Origin: Alphaproteobacteria bacterium
Lineage (GTDB): Bacteria > Pseudomonadota > Alphaproteobacteria > MPNO01 > UBA830
NCBI GenBank assembly: GCA_038146925.1
Contig: JAYQSP010000008.1
Span: 31,901 to 95,900, forward strand
Direction of reading: 5' to 3'
Length of the DNA stretch: 64,000 bases
The position numbers and the translations under genes are program-made. A model generated the notes under the pieces. The model was not told the origin of the DNA. It was given only the letters and a program-made list of their open reading frames with translations, and ran no database searches. Below, piece after piece: positions 50,893-60,853 of this stretch (position 1 is its first letter; each line of letters starts with the position of its first letter).

Positions 50893-51179
50893 GAACCAAT
50901 CCTGTGCCCGTACCCGCCCAGCGTCAATCCTTTCCAATGCAAAGACCCGAGGGAACACGCCGGTATATTCTTTGAACGCTTTAGGTGCTTTCCCGGCGGC
51001 TTCCCCGGTGCGCGGCTAGGGTATAAGTGCGACGACTGCAGGTCACGAATAGACGGTAAAGATCTTAACGTTTTTCGAGTTTAACCGGTCTATCGGCCCG
51101 GGGTGCGTCGCGGAGCGGTCCTTCATATTTTCACGCTTTACCCTGAGACACGCCGAACAGGCTTCCCTAAAATGGCGAC

Positions 51180-51905
51180 ATGATAGACAAGACAATTAAC
51201 TCTCTCGGTCAGGCTGTCTCGGTGATCGAGGATGGCGCGACCATCCTCATCAGCGGGTTCGGCGAATCCGGCAATCCGACCGAACTTGCCCATGCGCTGA
51301 TCGATCACGGCGCTCGCGATCTAACCCTCGTCAACAACAACGCTGGCAACGGCCATGTCGGTCTGGCCGCGCTCTTGGAGTCAGGCCAGGTGCGGAAAAT
51401 CATCTGTTCGTTCCCCCGGTCGTCGCATTCGGAGGTATTCGATACCCTGTACCGGGAAGGCCGGATCGAGCTGGAAGTTGTGCCGCAGGGAACGCTTGCG
51501 GAACGCATTCGCGCGGCCGGCGCCGGGATCGGCGGCTTCTATACCCGAACGACCATCGGCACGCCATTGGCGGAAGGCAAGGAACGCCGCATTTATCGCG
51601 GCGACGAATTTGTGCTCGAAGATCCGCTCCATGCCGACGTCGCGCTTGTGAAAGCCGAGCTTGCCGACCGCTGGGGCAACCTGACTTATCGGCTGGCGGC
51701 GCGGAATTTCGGACCGATCATGTGCACCGCGGCCAAGACGACTATCGTTCAGGCCCGGCAGATTGTCGATCTGGGTGAAATTCCCCCCGAACAGGTGGTC
51801 ACCCCCGGCATTTACGTCGACCGCATCGTGGAGGTTGCGAACCCGGCGAGCGAACGCGAAATGATCGAACGGGATATCCGGTATCCGGCTGGAGGCGTGC
51901 AATGA
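51180..51905 (+). CDS. pcaI: 3-oxoadipate (3-oxoacid) CoA-transferase subunit A
   Basis: GFG..G.P, NNNAGNG, CSFPR, PQGTLAERIRAAG.G, ARNFGP.M, TPGIYV. Confidence 0.85.
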   Translation: MIDKTINSLGQAVSVIEDGATILISGFGESGNPTELAHALIDHGARDLTLVNNNAGNGHVGLAALLESGQVRKIICSFPRSSHSEVFDTLYREGRIELEVVPQGTLAERIRAAGAGIGGFYTRTTIGTPLAEGKERRIYRGDEFVLEDPLHADVALVKAELADRWGNLTYRLAARNFGPIMCTAAKTTIVQARQIVDLGEIPPEQVVTPGIYVDRIVEVANPASEREMIERDIRYPAGGVQ

Positions 51906-52579
51906 CCAATAAGCTTACCCGCCAACAGGTCGCCTGGCGTTTAGCGCAAGATATCGAGGACGGAAACTGCGTCAATCTTGGTATCGGCATGCCCGAACTG
52001 GTTGCTAACTATATTCCCGACGGCCGCGAGATCGTCTTTCACAGCGAGAACGGCATACTCGGTATGGGGCCGGAGCCCCGCGCCAACGAGGTCGACTACG
52101 ATCTTATTAATGCCGGTAAGAAGCCCGTGACTATGCTGCCGGGCGGGGCTTTTTTTCATCATGCGGATTCGTTCGGCATGATCCGCGGGGGGCATATCGA
52201 TATCTGCGTTCTCGGGGCATTCCAGATTTCTGCGAAAGGCGATCTCGCCAACTGGTCGACCGGCGGACCCGATGCGGTGCCCGCAGTCGGCGGCGCGATG
52301 GACCTTGCGGTCGGCGCGCGCAAGGTGCTGGTGATGACCGAGCACAACACCAAGAAGGGTGATTTCAAGATCGTCGAGGAATGCACCTATCCCCTGACTG
52401 GACCCGGCGTGGTCACTGCGGTCTATACGGACATCGCGGTGATTGATATCTCCGATAGCGGACCGATCGCCCGTGAGAAGGTTGCGGGGATTTCTTTCGA
52501 TGAGCTGCAGGCGCGCACTGGCACAGTGCTTGCCGGCGCGGACACCTGCAGAGAATTGTCTGCGCCCGACGTTGGTTAA
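51902..52579 (+). CDS. pcaJ: 3-oxoadipate (3-oxoacid) CoA-transferase subunit B
   Basis: VNLGIGMP, catalytic SENG, NAGK, PAVGGAMDL; ATGA overlap with subunit A. Confidence 0.85.
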   Translation: MTNKLTRQQVAWRLAQDIEDGNCVNLGIGMPELVANYIPDGREIVFHSENGILGMGPEPRANEVDYDLINAGKKPVTMLPGGAFFHHADSFGMIRGGHIDICVLGAFQISAKGDLANWSTGGPDAVPAVGGAMDLAVGARKVLVMTEHNTKKGDFKIVEECTYPLTGPGVVTAVYTDIAVIDISDSGPIAREKVAGISFDELQARTGTVLAGADTCRELSAPDVG

Positions 52580-52812
52580 TGGAGCGCACCGGTATCCGGC
52601 AGGGTCGGGCCTCTCCTGTCCGCGCATGGATCGCAGGGCGAGGCCGAATGCGACCCTGGCTTGGTCGACAGCGCGATCCGAAGAGCGGGTTGCCCGGGAA
52701 CAGGTAATCGATACGATGCCGTTGATTTCCAGCGCTTTTAAGCCGCCATGCCCAGGTGGTCGCCGTGTTCCCGCCGTTGTGAAATCCGTCTGCTTGGCGG
52801 TATACAGAACGC

Positions 52813-53460
52813 ATGAATGACCGAATGACCATCAACGCCACGGAAGGTATGCCGCCGCGATGCGCGCTAGAGGAATTGTCGACCCTGTTTCCAACGACAC
52901 TGATGCGCCGTCGGATGCCGGATGCAAAGTCAAGGAACCGGCGCATTCGGAAAATCATTCTCGAGCGTGAAAAATCCGACCCAGGCGTGCGCCACAGCAA
53001 TGTTGGCGGCTGGCATTCGACCGCCGACTTGTGGGATTGGCCCAACGCGGAAATACGGGATCTCTGTGCTTGGGTACAAACAGCCGTAGAGGAACTAACG
53101 GCAACAGTCGCGCCGGTCCAGCCCGGAGACAGGGTGCAGGCGGAAATTTATGGCGGATCGTGGGTTAATCTGCTGCGGGATGGCGGATACAACAAACCGC
53201 ACAATCATCCCGGAGCGGTATGGTCGGCAGTTTACTATGTCTCGACCGGCGATCCCTATCCCGAACCGCCTGGCAACGGGAGTTTCGAATTCATGGATCC
53301 GCGGGGCGGAAACGTGCATGGCGGTAAGGAAATTATCCAGCCCGAACCCGGCTTGTTGATGGTGTTTCCCGCGTGGTTGTTCCATTATGTGAATCCATAT
53401 CACGGCGACGGCGAGCGCATTTCTGTCGCCTGGAATTTCAACGTCGAAATTCTGCGATAG
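52813..53460 (+). CDS. Putative 2OG-Fe(II) oxygenase (TIGR02466-like)
   Basis: SNVGGWHS, WVN, HNHPG..WSAVYYV, DPR, FPAWL.H.V.P, RISVAWN. Confidence 0.82.
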   Translation: MNDRMTINATEGMPPRCALEELSTLFPTTLMRRRMPDAKSRNRRIRKIILEREKSDPGVRHSNVGGWHSTADLWDWPNAEIRDLCAWVQTAVEELTATVAPVQPGDRVQAEIYGGSWVNLLRDGGYNKPHNHPGAVWSAVYYVSTGDPYPEPPGNGSFEFMDPRGGNVHGGKEIIQPEPGLLMVFPAWLFHYVNPYHGDGERISVAWNFNVEILR

Positions 53461-53736
53461 CAGTCAGGTACTCCTCACATCTGTTGTTATAGGCGGCGCT
53501 GGCGATCGACGATCCTGGCATCCGGTTCCTAGTTCCGCCGGAAATGGGGACCGAAGGCGAACCAACAACTCGTGTCCCCGGATTGAATGCTGTAGATAAT
53601 CGGGTCACGGTCGATATGAAGTTTTTCAACGATGGCGGGATCGCCACGCGCTTAGAGCATATAGTTCCCCATGCCGCATCCCAAGGTGAGCCGACGCAGA
53701 TTCTTATTGGTTCTGGTGCGAATTCCCGGTAAGGCG

Positions 53737-54645
53737 TTAGTTCCCGAAATCGAACAGCCGCAGCGGGTTCTCGACGAGGATCCGTTGCTGGTCTTTTTCG
53801 TCGGGCACCAGCCGGGGAATCATATCGACCAATTCGCCGGTGTCGCACTGATCGCCGATATTGTAGCGCTGCGAATGCGGCCAGTCCGTGCCCCACAGAA
53901 TGCGGTCCGGCGCCGCGGCGACCAACGCCTGCGCGTATTCGGGAGCATCCACATAAGGCGGTCCCGCCGCCGAGCAGCGCTCGATGCAGGAAATCTTTGC
54001 CCAGATGTGCCCGTTATCCCGCAGCAGTTCGACCAGTTGCCGGAATGCCGGCTGGTTTAGGCCGTCGCCGAAATCGATCCGCGCGTAATGATCGATGATC
54101 GTTGGCAGGTGCATGCCGGCCAGCCAGTCCGCGTTGGCGAGCAATCCGTCCGGCTTGGTGTGGATGGTCAGCGACCAGCCAAGATCCGCGACCCGGTCGG
54201 CGACTGATTGGATCAGGTCCAGATTTCCCGTGCCTCCGCTTTCCGCGATCATGTTGAACCGGACGCCGCGGATGCCGCCCGCATGCAGAGCTTCGAGGTC
54301 GGTATCGGTGAACGTATCATCCACCTTGGCGATGCCCATCAGCCTGCCGTCCGACCGGGCGATCGCATCCAGAGTGACCGAATTGTCGTGGCCATGGGCC
54401 ATGGGCTGGATGACGACGCCGCGCGATATGCGGAGATGCGCCATCAACTGGTGATAATGCTCCAGCGGCGCGGCGGGCGGCGTGTAGACGCGCTTCTCGG
54501 GCGGCGACCAGGGAAATACCTCCGGCGGTCCGAAAATATGGAAATGCGTGTCCACAGATCCGGGCGGCAGGGCGTAGGACGGTTTGCGCGGGCTGGGATG
54601 AGGTGGAAAACAGTAGGGCAGGTCTTTCGGCTCGGTCATGGGCAT
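53737..54645 (-). CDS. Amidohydrolase (2-pyrone-4,6-dicarboxylate lactonase-like)
   Basis: DTHFHIFGP, GIRGVRFN, IDH, WAKIS, WGTDWPH, NP.RLF.F. Confidence 0.82.
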   Translation of the reverse strand: MPMTEPKDLPYCFPPHPSPRKPSYALPPGSVDTHFHIFGPPEVFPWSPPEKRVYTPPAAPLEHYHQLMAHLRISRGVVIQPMAHGHDNSVTLDAIARSDGRLMGIAKVDDTFTDTDLEALHAGGIRGVRFNMIAESGGTGNLDLIQSVADRVADLGWSLTIHTKPDGLLANADWLAGMHLPTIIDHYARIDFGDGLNQPAFRQLVELLRDNGHIWAKISCIERCSAAGPPYVDAPEYAQALVAAAPDRILWGTDWPHSQRYNIGDQCDTGELVDMIPRLVPDEKDQQRILVENPLRLFDFGN

Positions 54646-54737
54646 ACTCCGGATGCGGGATGCTCATGACATAGCAGTGGCGCTTCCGGTCTGCCAGAAT
54701 ACGGTGACATGACTGCAATACGGTATGGAGTAGCGAT

Positions 54738-55340
54738 ATGGTCCGTGTGAAGCCGATTAAACGCGAAGACGCCCCCGAGCTGGAGGACGTTTTCAGTCGC
54801 GCCGAGCAGGCGCTTGGATTCGTGCCCAACAGCTTCTTCGCGATGGGCCGCTCGCCCGGCATCCTGCGCGCATTTACCCGCTTGGCGCGCGAAGTGATCG
54901 GCATGCCCGGCAAGGCGCCCCTGCCGCTGAAGCGCATGGCCGGCTATATGGCAAGCCGGTCGGCAGGCTGCATGTACTGTTCCTCCCACACGGCGGAAAC
55001 CGCCAGCGTGGTCGACGGCGTACCGCCCGAAAAAGTCGCCGCGATCTGGGAATACGAAACCAGCGATCTGTTCGACGATGCCGAACGTGCCGTTCTGCGA
55101 ATGGCGCAGGGCGCGGGGACGACGCCGAATGCCGTGTCGGACGAGGACATGGAAGAACTGCACAAATACTTCGACGACGACCAGATCGTCGAGCTGGTCG
55201 CCGCCGTCTGCCTGTTCGGCTGGCTGAACCGGTGGAACGATACCATGGCCACCGACCTGGAACCGCGCCCGCTGGAATTCGGGCTGTCGACCCTGTCCGA
55301 CAGCGGCTGGGAACCCGGAAAGCACGTCGCTGGAGATTAG
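54738..55340 (+). CDS. AhpD / carboxymuconolactone decarboxylase-like protein
   Basis: GFVPNS, GCMYC..H, F...QIVEL...C..G.LNRWND. Confidence 0.85.
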   Translation: MVRVKPIKREDAPELEDVFSRAEQALGFVPNSFFAMGRSPGILRAFTRLAREVIGMPGKAPLPLKRMAGYMASRSAGCMYCSSHTAETASVVDGVPPEKVAAIWEYETSDLFDDAERAVLRMAQGAGTTPNAVSDEDMEELHKYFDDDQIVELVAAVCLFGWLNRWNDTMATDLEPRPLEFGLSTLSDSGWEPGKHVAGD

Positions 55341-55343
55341 GCC

Positions 55344-56192
55344 ATGAAGCATTCGCCTGCTGAAGGATCGCAGGGGCCGGATGCCTATCCGTCCCTGAAG
55401 GAGAGATCCGTCATCGTGACCGGGGGTGGACAGGGTATTGGCCGGCATCTCGCCCTTGCTCTGGCGGAACGCGGCGCGAACGTAGTCGTGACGGCAGCCC
55501 GGGACGCGTCGTCACTGGATGAAACCGTTTCGCTGGCTAAGGGTCTTGCCGGGCGAATTGCGCCGTTGCAGGCCGATGTCCGTAAGCTCGACGATTGCGA
55601 TAAAACGGTGGCGTTCGCACTGTCTGAGTTCGGCGGACTGCAGGCGCTGGTCAACAACGCGGCGAGGGGGATCGCCTACGTGCGCGAAACCACGGGCGGA
55701 GATCCGGTCCCGTTCTGGGAAACCGACCGCGGCCGCTGGGCCGAAACCATGACCACGAATGTTATCGGCACGTTCCAGATGAGCGCGGTGGCCGGGACTC
55801 ATATGGTGGAACAGGGTTTCGGACGGATCATCAACGTATCGACCAGCGACCGGTCGATGGTCCGCGAAATGAACACTCCCTACGGCCCGTCAAAAGCCGC
55901 GCTGGAAGCGATGAGCGCAGCCTGGGCGAAAGAAGGCGCGGAGAAAGGCGTCACCGTGAATGTCCTGCTGCCCGGAGGCGCGACCGATACCCGCATGGTG
56001 ACCGGCGTCTCGCAGCGTGTGCCGCTGCCGCCCGACATTATGAATCCGGCCATTCTCTGGATGTGCGCCGACGATTCGTCCGGTCATACCGGCGGTCGCT
56101 ACAAGGCGGATGACTGGGACCCGAAGGCGGAGCCGGAAGCCGCCGCCGCTGGCGCCCGTCAGCCGGCACACGATCTGCCCGTCATCATGTAG
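55344..56192 (+). CDS. Short-chain dehydrogenase/reductase
   Basis: TGGGQGIG, LVNNA, YGPSK, VNVLLPGG.TDT. Confidence 0.9.
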   Translation: MKHSPAEGSQGPDAYPSLKERSVIVTGGGQGIGRHLALALAERGANVVVTAARDASSLDETVSLAKGLAGRIAPLQADVRKLDDCDKTVAFALSEFGGLQALVNNAARGIAYVRETTGGDPVPFWETDRGRWAETMTTNVIGTFQMSAVAGTHMVEQGFGRIINVSTSDRSMVREMNTPYGPSKAALEAMSAAWAKEGAEKGVTVNVLLPGGATDTRMVTGVSQRVPLPPDIMNPAILWMCADDSSGHTGGRYKADDWDPKAEPEAAAAGARQPAHDLPVIM

Positions 56193-57066
56193 CGTTTCGT
56201 TCCCGCGTTTCGCGGTGCCAGATATACAATCCGCTGCCGATCACGATGGCTGTGCCGAGAATGGAATACTCGTCCGGCACCTGGTCGAACACGATGATGC
56301 TGATGATCGTCACCCAGACGATCTGGGTATAGAGAAACGGCGACAGGGTGGACACGGCGGCAACCTCGAACGCGCGGATCAGCAGATAATGCCCGAAGCC
56401 GAATAATGCACCGGTCGCCACCATGATCGCCCAGGCGGTCGCGTCCGGCGTCGTCCAGACGAACGGCGCTATACCCGACATCACGATCACCCCGACGGTG
56501 GACGTCCAGAACAGGCTGGTTTTGGTGTCCTCGGTGCGGCCCGCAATGCGGGTCATGATCTGGTAGGAGGCATAACAGATGGCCGTCAGCAAAGGCAGGA
56601 ACGCCGCCCAGTGCATCACGCCAAGACCCGGCCGGATGATGACCAGCACACCAAGGAACCCGACGAAAATGGCGGCCCAGCGCCTCGGACCGACTTTTTC
56701 TCCCAGAAACGGGATCGACAATGCGGTGACCAGGAGCGGCGCTGCAAAGTTGATGGCGACGGCCTCCGGCAGCGACAGATAGATCAGTGCCGTAAAAAAC
56801 GTGATCGTCCCCATCATCAAAGTGATCGACCGCGCGATATGCAGGAACGGCCGGGATGTCTTCATCTGGCTGACGATGCCCGACCGCGAAAAGATCAGCA
56901 GAAACACCAGCGCGTGAAATACGTAGCGCGCCCACACGACCTGCAGGATGTCGTAATCCTTCGCCAGCGTCTTCACGCAGGCTTCGCCCATGCCGAAAAA
57001 GGCGACGCCCGCGCACAGCCGAAAAATGCCGAGACGGGGGTTCTGGATTTTGGGGGCTACGTCCAT
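56185..57066 (-). CDS. DMT/EamA family transporter
   Basis: QVVWARY, A.AINF.APL, LGEKVG.RRW, IIRPG, LSPF.Y.QIVW. Confidence 0.9.
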   Translation of the reverse strand: MDVAPKIQNPRLGIFRLCAGVAFFGMGEACVKTLAKDYDILQVVWARYVFHALVFLLIFSRSGIVSQMKTSRPFLHIARSITLMMGTITFFTALIYLSLPEAVAINFAAPLLVTALSIPFLGEKVGPRRWAAIFVGFLGVLVIIRPGLGVMHWAAFLPLLTAICYASYQIMTRIAGRTEDTKTSLFWTSTVGVIVMSGIAPFVWTTPDATAWAIMVATGALFGFGHYLLIRAFEVAAVSTLSPFLYTQIVWVTIISIIVFDQVPDEYSILGTAIVIGSGLYIWHRETRERNAT

Positions 57067-57094
57067 TCGGTCGTCCTGATGGCGCCACCCCGTC

Positions 57095-57215
57095 GTCCCC
57101 TCGCCCCTCCGGGGAGAGGGCTAGGGAGAGGAGAAAACAGGCGGTCCAGACGGCAGCATCGTTTGTGTTGAGGCAACACCCTCTCCCCGGCCCTCTCCCT
57201 CAAGGGGGGAGGGGG
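57095..57215. repeat. Palindromic interspersed repeat (RIME/CIR-like), copy 1
   Basis: Arms CCCCTCGCCCCTCCGGGGAGAGGGCTAGGGAGAGG and CCCTCTCCCCGGCCCTCTCCCTCAAGGGGGGAGGGGG; homologous to the reverse complement of 61707-61819. Confidence 0.75.
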
Positions 57216-57265
57216 TAAAAATTAGTTGGCGCGGCAAACGCTCGGTAGATCCAGGGGAGATCGGC

Positions 57266-58390
57266 TCAACCCCATACTTCCTCCGCGATCTCGACGATGT
57301 TGAGCAGTTTGGCGACCTGGTCGTCCACGCTGATCAGGTTGCCGACGGCGTTGGAGGAGAACCCGCATTGCGGCGACAGGCAAAGCTGGTCGATATCGAC
57401 GTATTGCGACGCCTCTTCGATGCGGCGAAGGATTTCGTCACGCGGTTCCATTTCCCCGCGCTTGGTCGTCAGCAAGCCAAGGACGATCTTGGGTCCGCCC
57501 TTGGGCACGAAACGCAGCGGCTCGAACCCGCCCGACCGATCATCGTCGTATTCCAGGAAAATACCGTCCACCTTGGTCAGGTTGAAGACCTTCTCGGCGA
57601 TGGCTTCGTATCCCCCCGAGGCGAACCACTGGCTTTGCGCGTTGCCGCGGCACATATGGACGCAGACCGCCATGTCGTCGGGCCGGCCCTCGATGGATTT
57701 GTTGATGATGTCGGCATAGGTGGCAGGCAGCTCGTCCGGGTCCTCACCCAGTTTGCGGGCCGCTTCCCGCATGTTTTCGTCGCACAGATAGGCGAGGTTG
57801 GTATCGTCGAGCTGCAGATAACGGCAACCGGCATCGGCCAGGCCATGCACTTCTTCCCGGTAGACACGGGCCAGATCGTCAAAGAAGTCGTCCATGTCCG
57901 GATAGACGTCTTTGTCGATCGCTTCCCGGCCGCCGCGAAAATGCGTCATTGTGGGTGACGGGATGGTAATTTTCGGTGTTCGGTCGGTCAGACCCTGCAC
58001 CACCTTGAAGTTCTCCACCTCGATACCCGTTTCCGGTCGCGACAGTTTTTCCGTGATAAAGGCAACGAACGGAGCCTTTTCCGGGTCGGCGGATTCGCCT
58101 TCCGCGCCTTCCGGCATCATGCGGCGAAAATCGACGCCCCCCACCTTGTCGAGAAAATCGAAGTGAAAATTCTCGCGTCGGTATTCTCCGTCTGTGATCG
58201 ATTGCAGGCCGATATCCTCCTGCATCTTCACAGCGCCGGCGATGGCTTCGTTTTCCTTGTCGCGCAATTCACCGGCGGAAATCTCGCCTGCCTTGAAGCG
58301 TTCGCGGTCTCTAAGCAGGCTTTCCGGCCGTTGCAGGCTGCCGACATGGTCGGCCCGGAAAGGACCCTTCGCATTTGTCATGTTTATCAT
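57266..58390 (-). CDS. Cobalamin-independent methionine synthase II-like protein (single domain)
   Basis: RADHVGSL.RP, ITDGEYRR, Zn ligands VHMCRGN, FLEYD, SPQCGF. Confidence 0.88.
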   Translation of the reverse strand: MINMTNAKGPFRADHVGSLQRPESLLRDRERFKAGEISAGELRDKENEAIAGAVKMQEDIGLQSITDGEYRRENFHFDFLDKVGGVDFRRMMPEGAEGESADPEKAPFVAFITEKLSRPETGIEVENFKVVQGLTDRTPKITIPSPTMTHFRGGREAIDKDVYPDMDDFFDDLARVYREEVHGLADAGCRYLQLDDTNLAYLCDENMREAARKLGEDPDELPATYADIINKSIEGRPDDMAVCVHMCRGNAQSQWFASGGYEAIAEKVFNLTKVDGIFLEYDDDRSGGFEPLRFVPKGGPKIVLGLLTTKRGEMEPRDEILRRIEEASQYVDIDQLCLSPQCGFSSNAVGNLISVDDQVAKLLNIVEIAEEVWG

Positions 58391-58403
58391 CCCTGTCAGG
58401 GCG

Positions 58404-58727
58404 TTATTGCAGGATCGACATTTCGGTCGGCGTCAGGCGGGTCACCACCATCGCTTCGCGGTTCAGCATCGACGTCAGGCGCGGACTGACATCGTCTTTC
58501 CAGTAGTCGCTGCCGTAAACTTCGTCGTACAGGCGTTCGCGTTCCGCTTCGCTTTCGAAGCGGCGGATCCAGACATAGACGGAATCGTCTTCCTCGCCTC
58601 GGAAACTGCCGGCGATCACCATGCCCTTGGAAACCTGAAACGGGATGATTTCTTCCTGCATTACCTTCAGCCAGTTTTCCATCTGTCCTTCGAGGACCGT
58701 GTATTGCCGTAATTCGTAGAATGCCAT
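58404..58727 (-). CDS. NIPSNAP family protein
   Basis: FYELRQY, YVWIRRF.SE.ER, L.PT..S.LQ. Confidence 0.85.
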   Translation of the reverse strand: MAFYELRQYTVLEGQMENWLKVMQEEIIPFQVSKGMVIAGSFRGEEDDSVYVWIRRFESEAERERLYDEVYGSDYWKDDVSPRLTSMLNREAMVVTRLTPTEMSILQ

Positions 58728-58754
58728 CTGTTGGTGCTCCCTTATTGTTATCCC

Positions 58755-59165
58755 TTAATCGTCCACCACGGCGGTGACGTCAATCTCCACCAGCGCGCCT
58801 TCGACAAGCAGCGCCTCGACGCCGACGCAGGTGCTGGCGGCGGAACCGCCGTCGCCGTAGAAATCCGTCATCGCCTTCATGATGACCGGACGATGGCCCA
58901 GTTCCAGACCCACAACGAATACCCGCTGGCGCACCACGTTCGCAGAGGTCGCCCCAGCAAGTTCCAGAGATCGGCGGATCGTATCGCAGATATAGGCCAT
59001 CTGCGCCGCCAGGTCGCCGGCGCCGACCAGTTCGCCGTCGGAGGTGGAGGCGACGAGCCCGGAAAGATGGATCGTCTTGCCGCCGCTTGAGGCGACCAGG
59101 TTCGTGAAATGCGGCTTGTTGTGCAGGAATTCGGGGCGAATGCGGTCGATCTGGGCGGCGGACAT
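58755..59165 (-). CDS. RidA/YjgF family protein
   Basis: IHLSG, GDL.AQ, ST.VGV.AL....LVEID.TA. It has Gly-Leu-Val where Gly-Gln is usual and lacks the catalytic Arg (reads ASTC). Confidence 0.85.
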   Translation of the reverse strand: MSAAQIDRIRPEFLHNKPHFTNLVASSGGKTIHLSGLVASTSDGELVGAGDLAAQMAYICDTIRRSLELAGATSANVVRQRVFVVGLELGHRPVIMKAMTDFYGDGGSAASTCVGVEALLVEGALVEIDVTAVVDD

Positions 59166-59437
59166 GCGGGTGCTCCGGAAGCTGAAATGACGATGCTCTT
59201 GTATACAGGCTTCACCGACCCGCCGCACGGTCATCGCGACGGTCTTGCCGGAAGCTCCGTCCGTGAGATCCCGCTTTTCGCCTGTACCCAACTAGCGACG
59301 CAGTCTGCGGCATGCGTGTTTGCTCTGTCTGATATCAGCGCGCGGCTCGCATCGTCCGGCTGCGCTCATCCCTGACCGGCGAGCTGACTGTGCCGCCGCC
59401 GTGCGAGGAATAAAACAGGGATATTCAGGGCAAAAAC

Positions 59438-59514
59438 TGGTCGGAGTGAGAGGATTCGAACCTCCGGCCCCTGCCTCCCGAAGACAGTGCTCTACCAGGC
59501 TGAGCTACACTCCG
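59438..59514 (-). tRNA. tRNA-Pro(CGG)
   Basis: Minus strand CGGAGTGTAGCTCAGCCTGGTAGAGCA-CTGTC-TTCGGGA-GGCAG...GGTTCGAATCC...CACTCCGACCA. Confidence 0.97.
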
Positions 59515-59648
59515 ACCGGAACGGGCGGGGTTATACCTCTCCCGGTCGCGCCCGGCAAGCAAATGCGGGCGGCTCGGCGTCGGATTGTTGACTCGCCCCC
59601 GGCGCGGTTTCACTCTGCCCCTTCCGATCACTGCAGGAACCGCAATCC

Positions 59649-60836
59649 GTGTCCGACGCTGCACTGCCGTTAAGCCGTTTCAAGGTCCTTGATCTGACAC
59701 GCGTCCGCGCGGGACCGACCTGCGTGCGCCAGCTCGCCGACTGGGGCGCCGACTGCATAAAGATCGAACTGCCGCCCTCGGCCGGCATCAAGGAAGGCAT
59801 CACCGGCGACCGCAACGGCCCCGATTTTCAGAATCTTCACCGCAACAAGCGCTCCATGACGCTGAATCTGAAGAAGGAGGCGGGGCGCGAGGTGTTCTAC
59901 AAGCTGGTCGAGGGTGCCGATGTGGTGGTCGAAAACTATCGGCCGGATGTCAAATACCGCCTCGGCGTGGATTACGAGACCCTGAAATCCGTAAATCCAC
60001 GCATCGTGCTCGGCTCGATTTCGGGGTTCGGCCAGGACGGTCCGTATGAGAAACGTCCCGGCGTCGACCAGATCGCGCAGGGCCTGGGCGGCATCATGTC
60101 GATCACCGGGCTGCCGGGGCAGGGGCCGGTGCGGGTCGGTACCGCGATCGCCGATCTGTCGTCGGGGCTCTATTGCGCCATCGGGATTCTGATCGCCCTG
60201 CTGGAGCGCGAGGCATCCGGCGAAGGGCAGTGGGTACATACATCTCTGCTGGAATCCCAGGTCTCGATGCTGGATTTTCAGGCGGCGCGCTGGCTGATCG
60301 GCGGCGAGGTGCCGCCGCAGGCGGGCAACAATCACCCGACCTCGATCCCGACCGGCGTGTATCCCTGCAAGGACGGGCATTTCAATATCGCGGCCGGCGG
60401 CCAGGATATGTTCGAACGGCTGTGCCGTGCGCTCGGCGCCGACGAAATCGCATCGAACCCGGATTACGCCACGGGGAAACTGCGGCTCCAACACCGCGAT
60501 GCGCTGAACACGGAAATTTCCGAATACACCAGGACCAGAACCAGCGCCGAGTGGATCGATATCTTTAACGAAGGGGGCGTGCCCTGCGGACCGATCCATA
60601 CGATCGACAAGATGTTCGACGACCCTCAGGTAAAGCATCTGGGGCTTGCGGCACCTGTCACGTCGCCGACCCACGGCGACATGCATGTTGTCGGGCAGGC
60701 AATCAATATGAGCCGCGCGCCCCGCGACATCCGAAGCGCGACACCCGGGCTTGGCGAACACACCGACGACATTCTCGCCGATCTGGGCTACGACGCCGCT
60801 GCGATCGAACAACTCCGCGCTGACAGCGCGGTCTGA
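59649..60836 (+). CDS. CaiB/BaiF family III CoA-transferase
   Basis: VLDL.R..AGP, L.D.GA..IKIE, RNKRS, ENYRP, ISGFGQ.GP, D...Q...G.M, P.LGEHT. Confidence 0.92.
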   Translation: MSDAALPLSRFKVLDLTRVRAGPTCVRQLADWGADCIKIELPPSAGIKEGITGDRNGPDFQNLHRNKRSMTLNLKKEAGREVFYKLVEGADVVVENYRPDVKYRLGVDYETLKSVNPRIVLGSISGFGQDGPYEKRPGVDQIAQGLGGIMSITGLPGQGPVRVGTAIADLSSGLYCAIGILIALLEREASGEGQWVHTSLLESQVSMLDFQAARWLIGGEVPPQAGNNHPTSIPTGVYPCKDGHFNIAAGGQDMFERLCRALGADEIASNPDYATGKLRLQHRDALNTEISEYTRTRTSAEWIDIFNEGGVPCGPIHTIDKMFDDPQVKHLGLAAPVTSPTHGDMHVVGQAINMSRAPRDIRSATPGLGEHTDDILADLGYDAAAIEQLRADSAV

Positions 60837-60853
60837 CGGAAAGGAAACCCGAC

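Noticed and set aside
59166-59437. Island integrated at tRNA-Pro
   Set aside because: Only a short, possibly decayed stretch; no integrase, att repeat or sustained GC shift.
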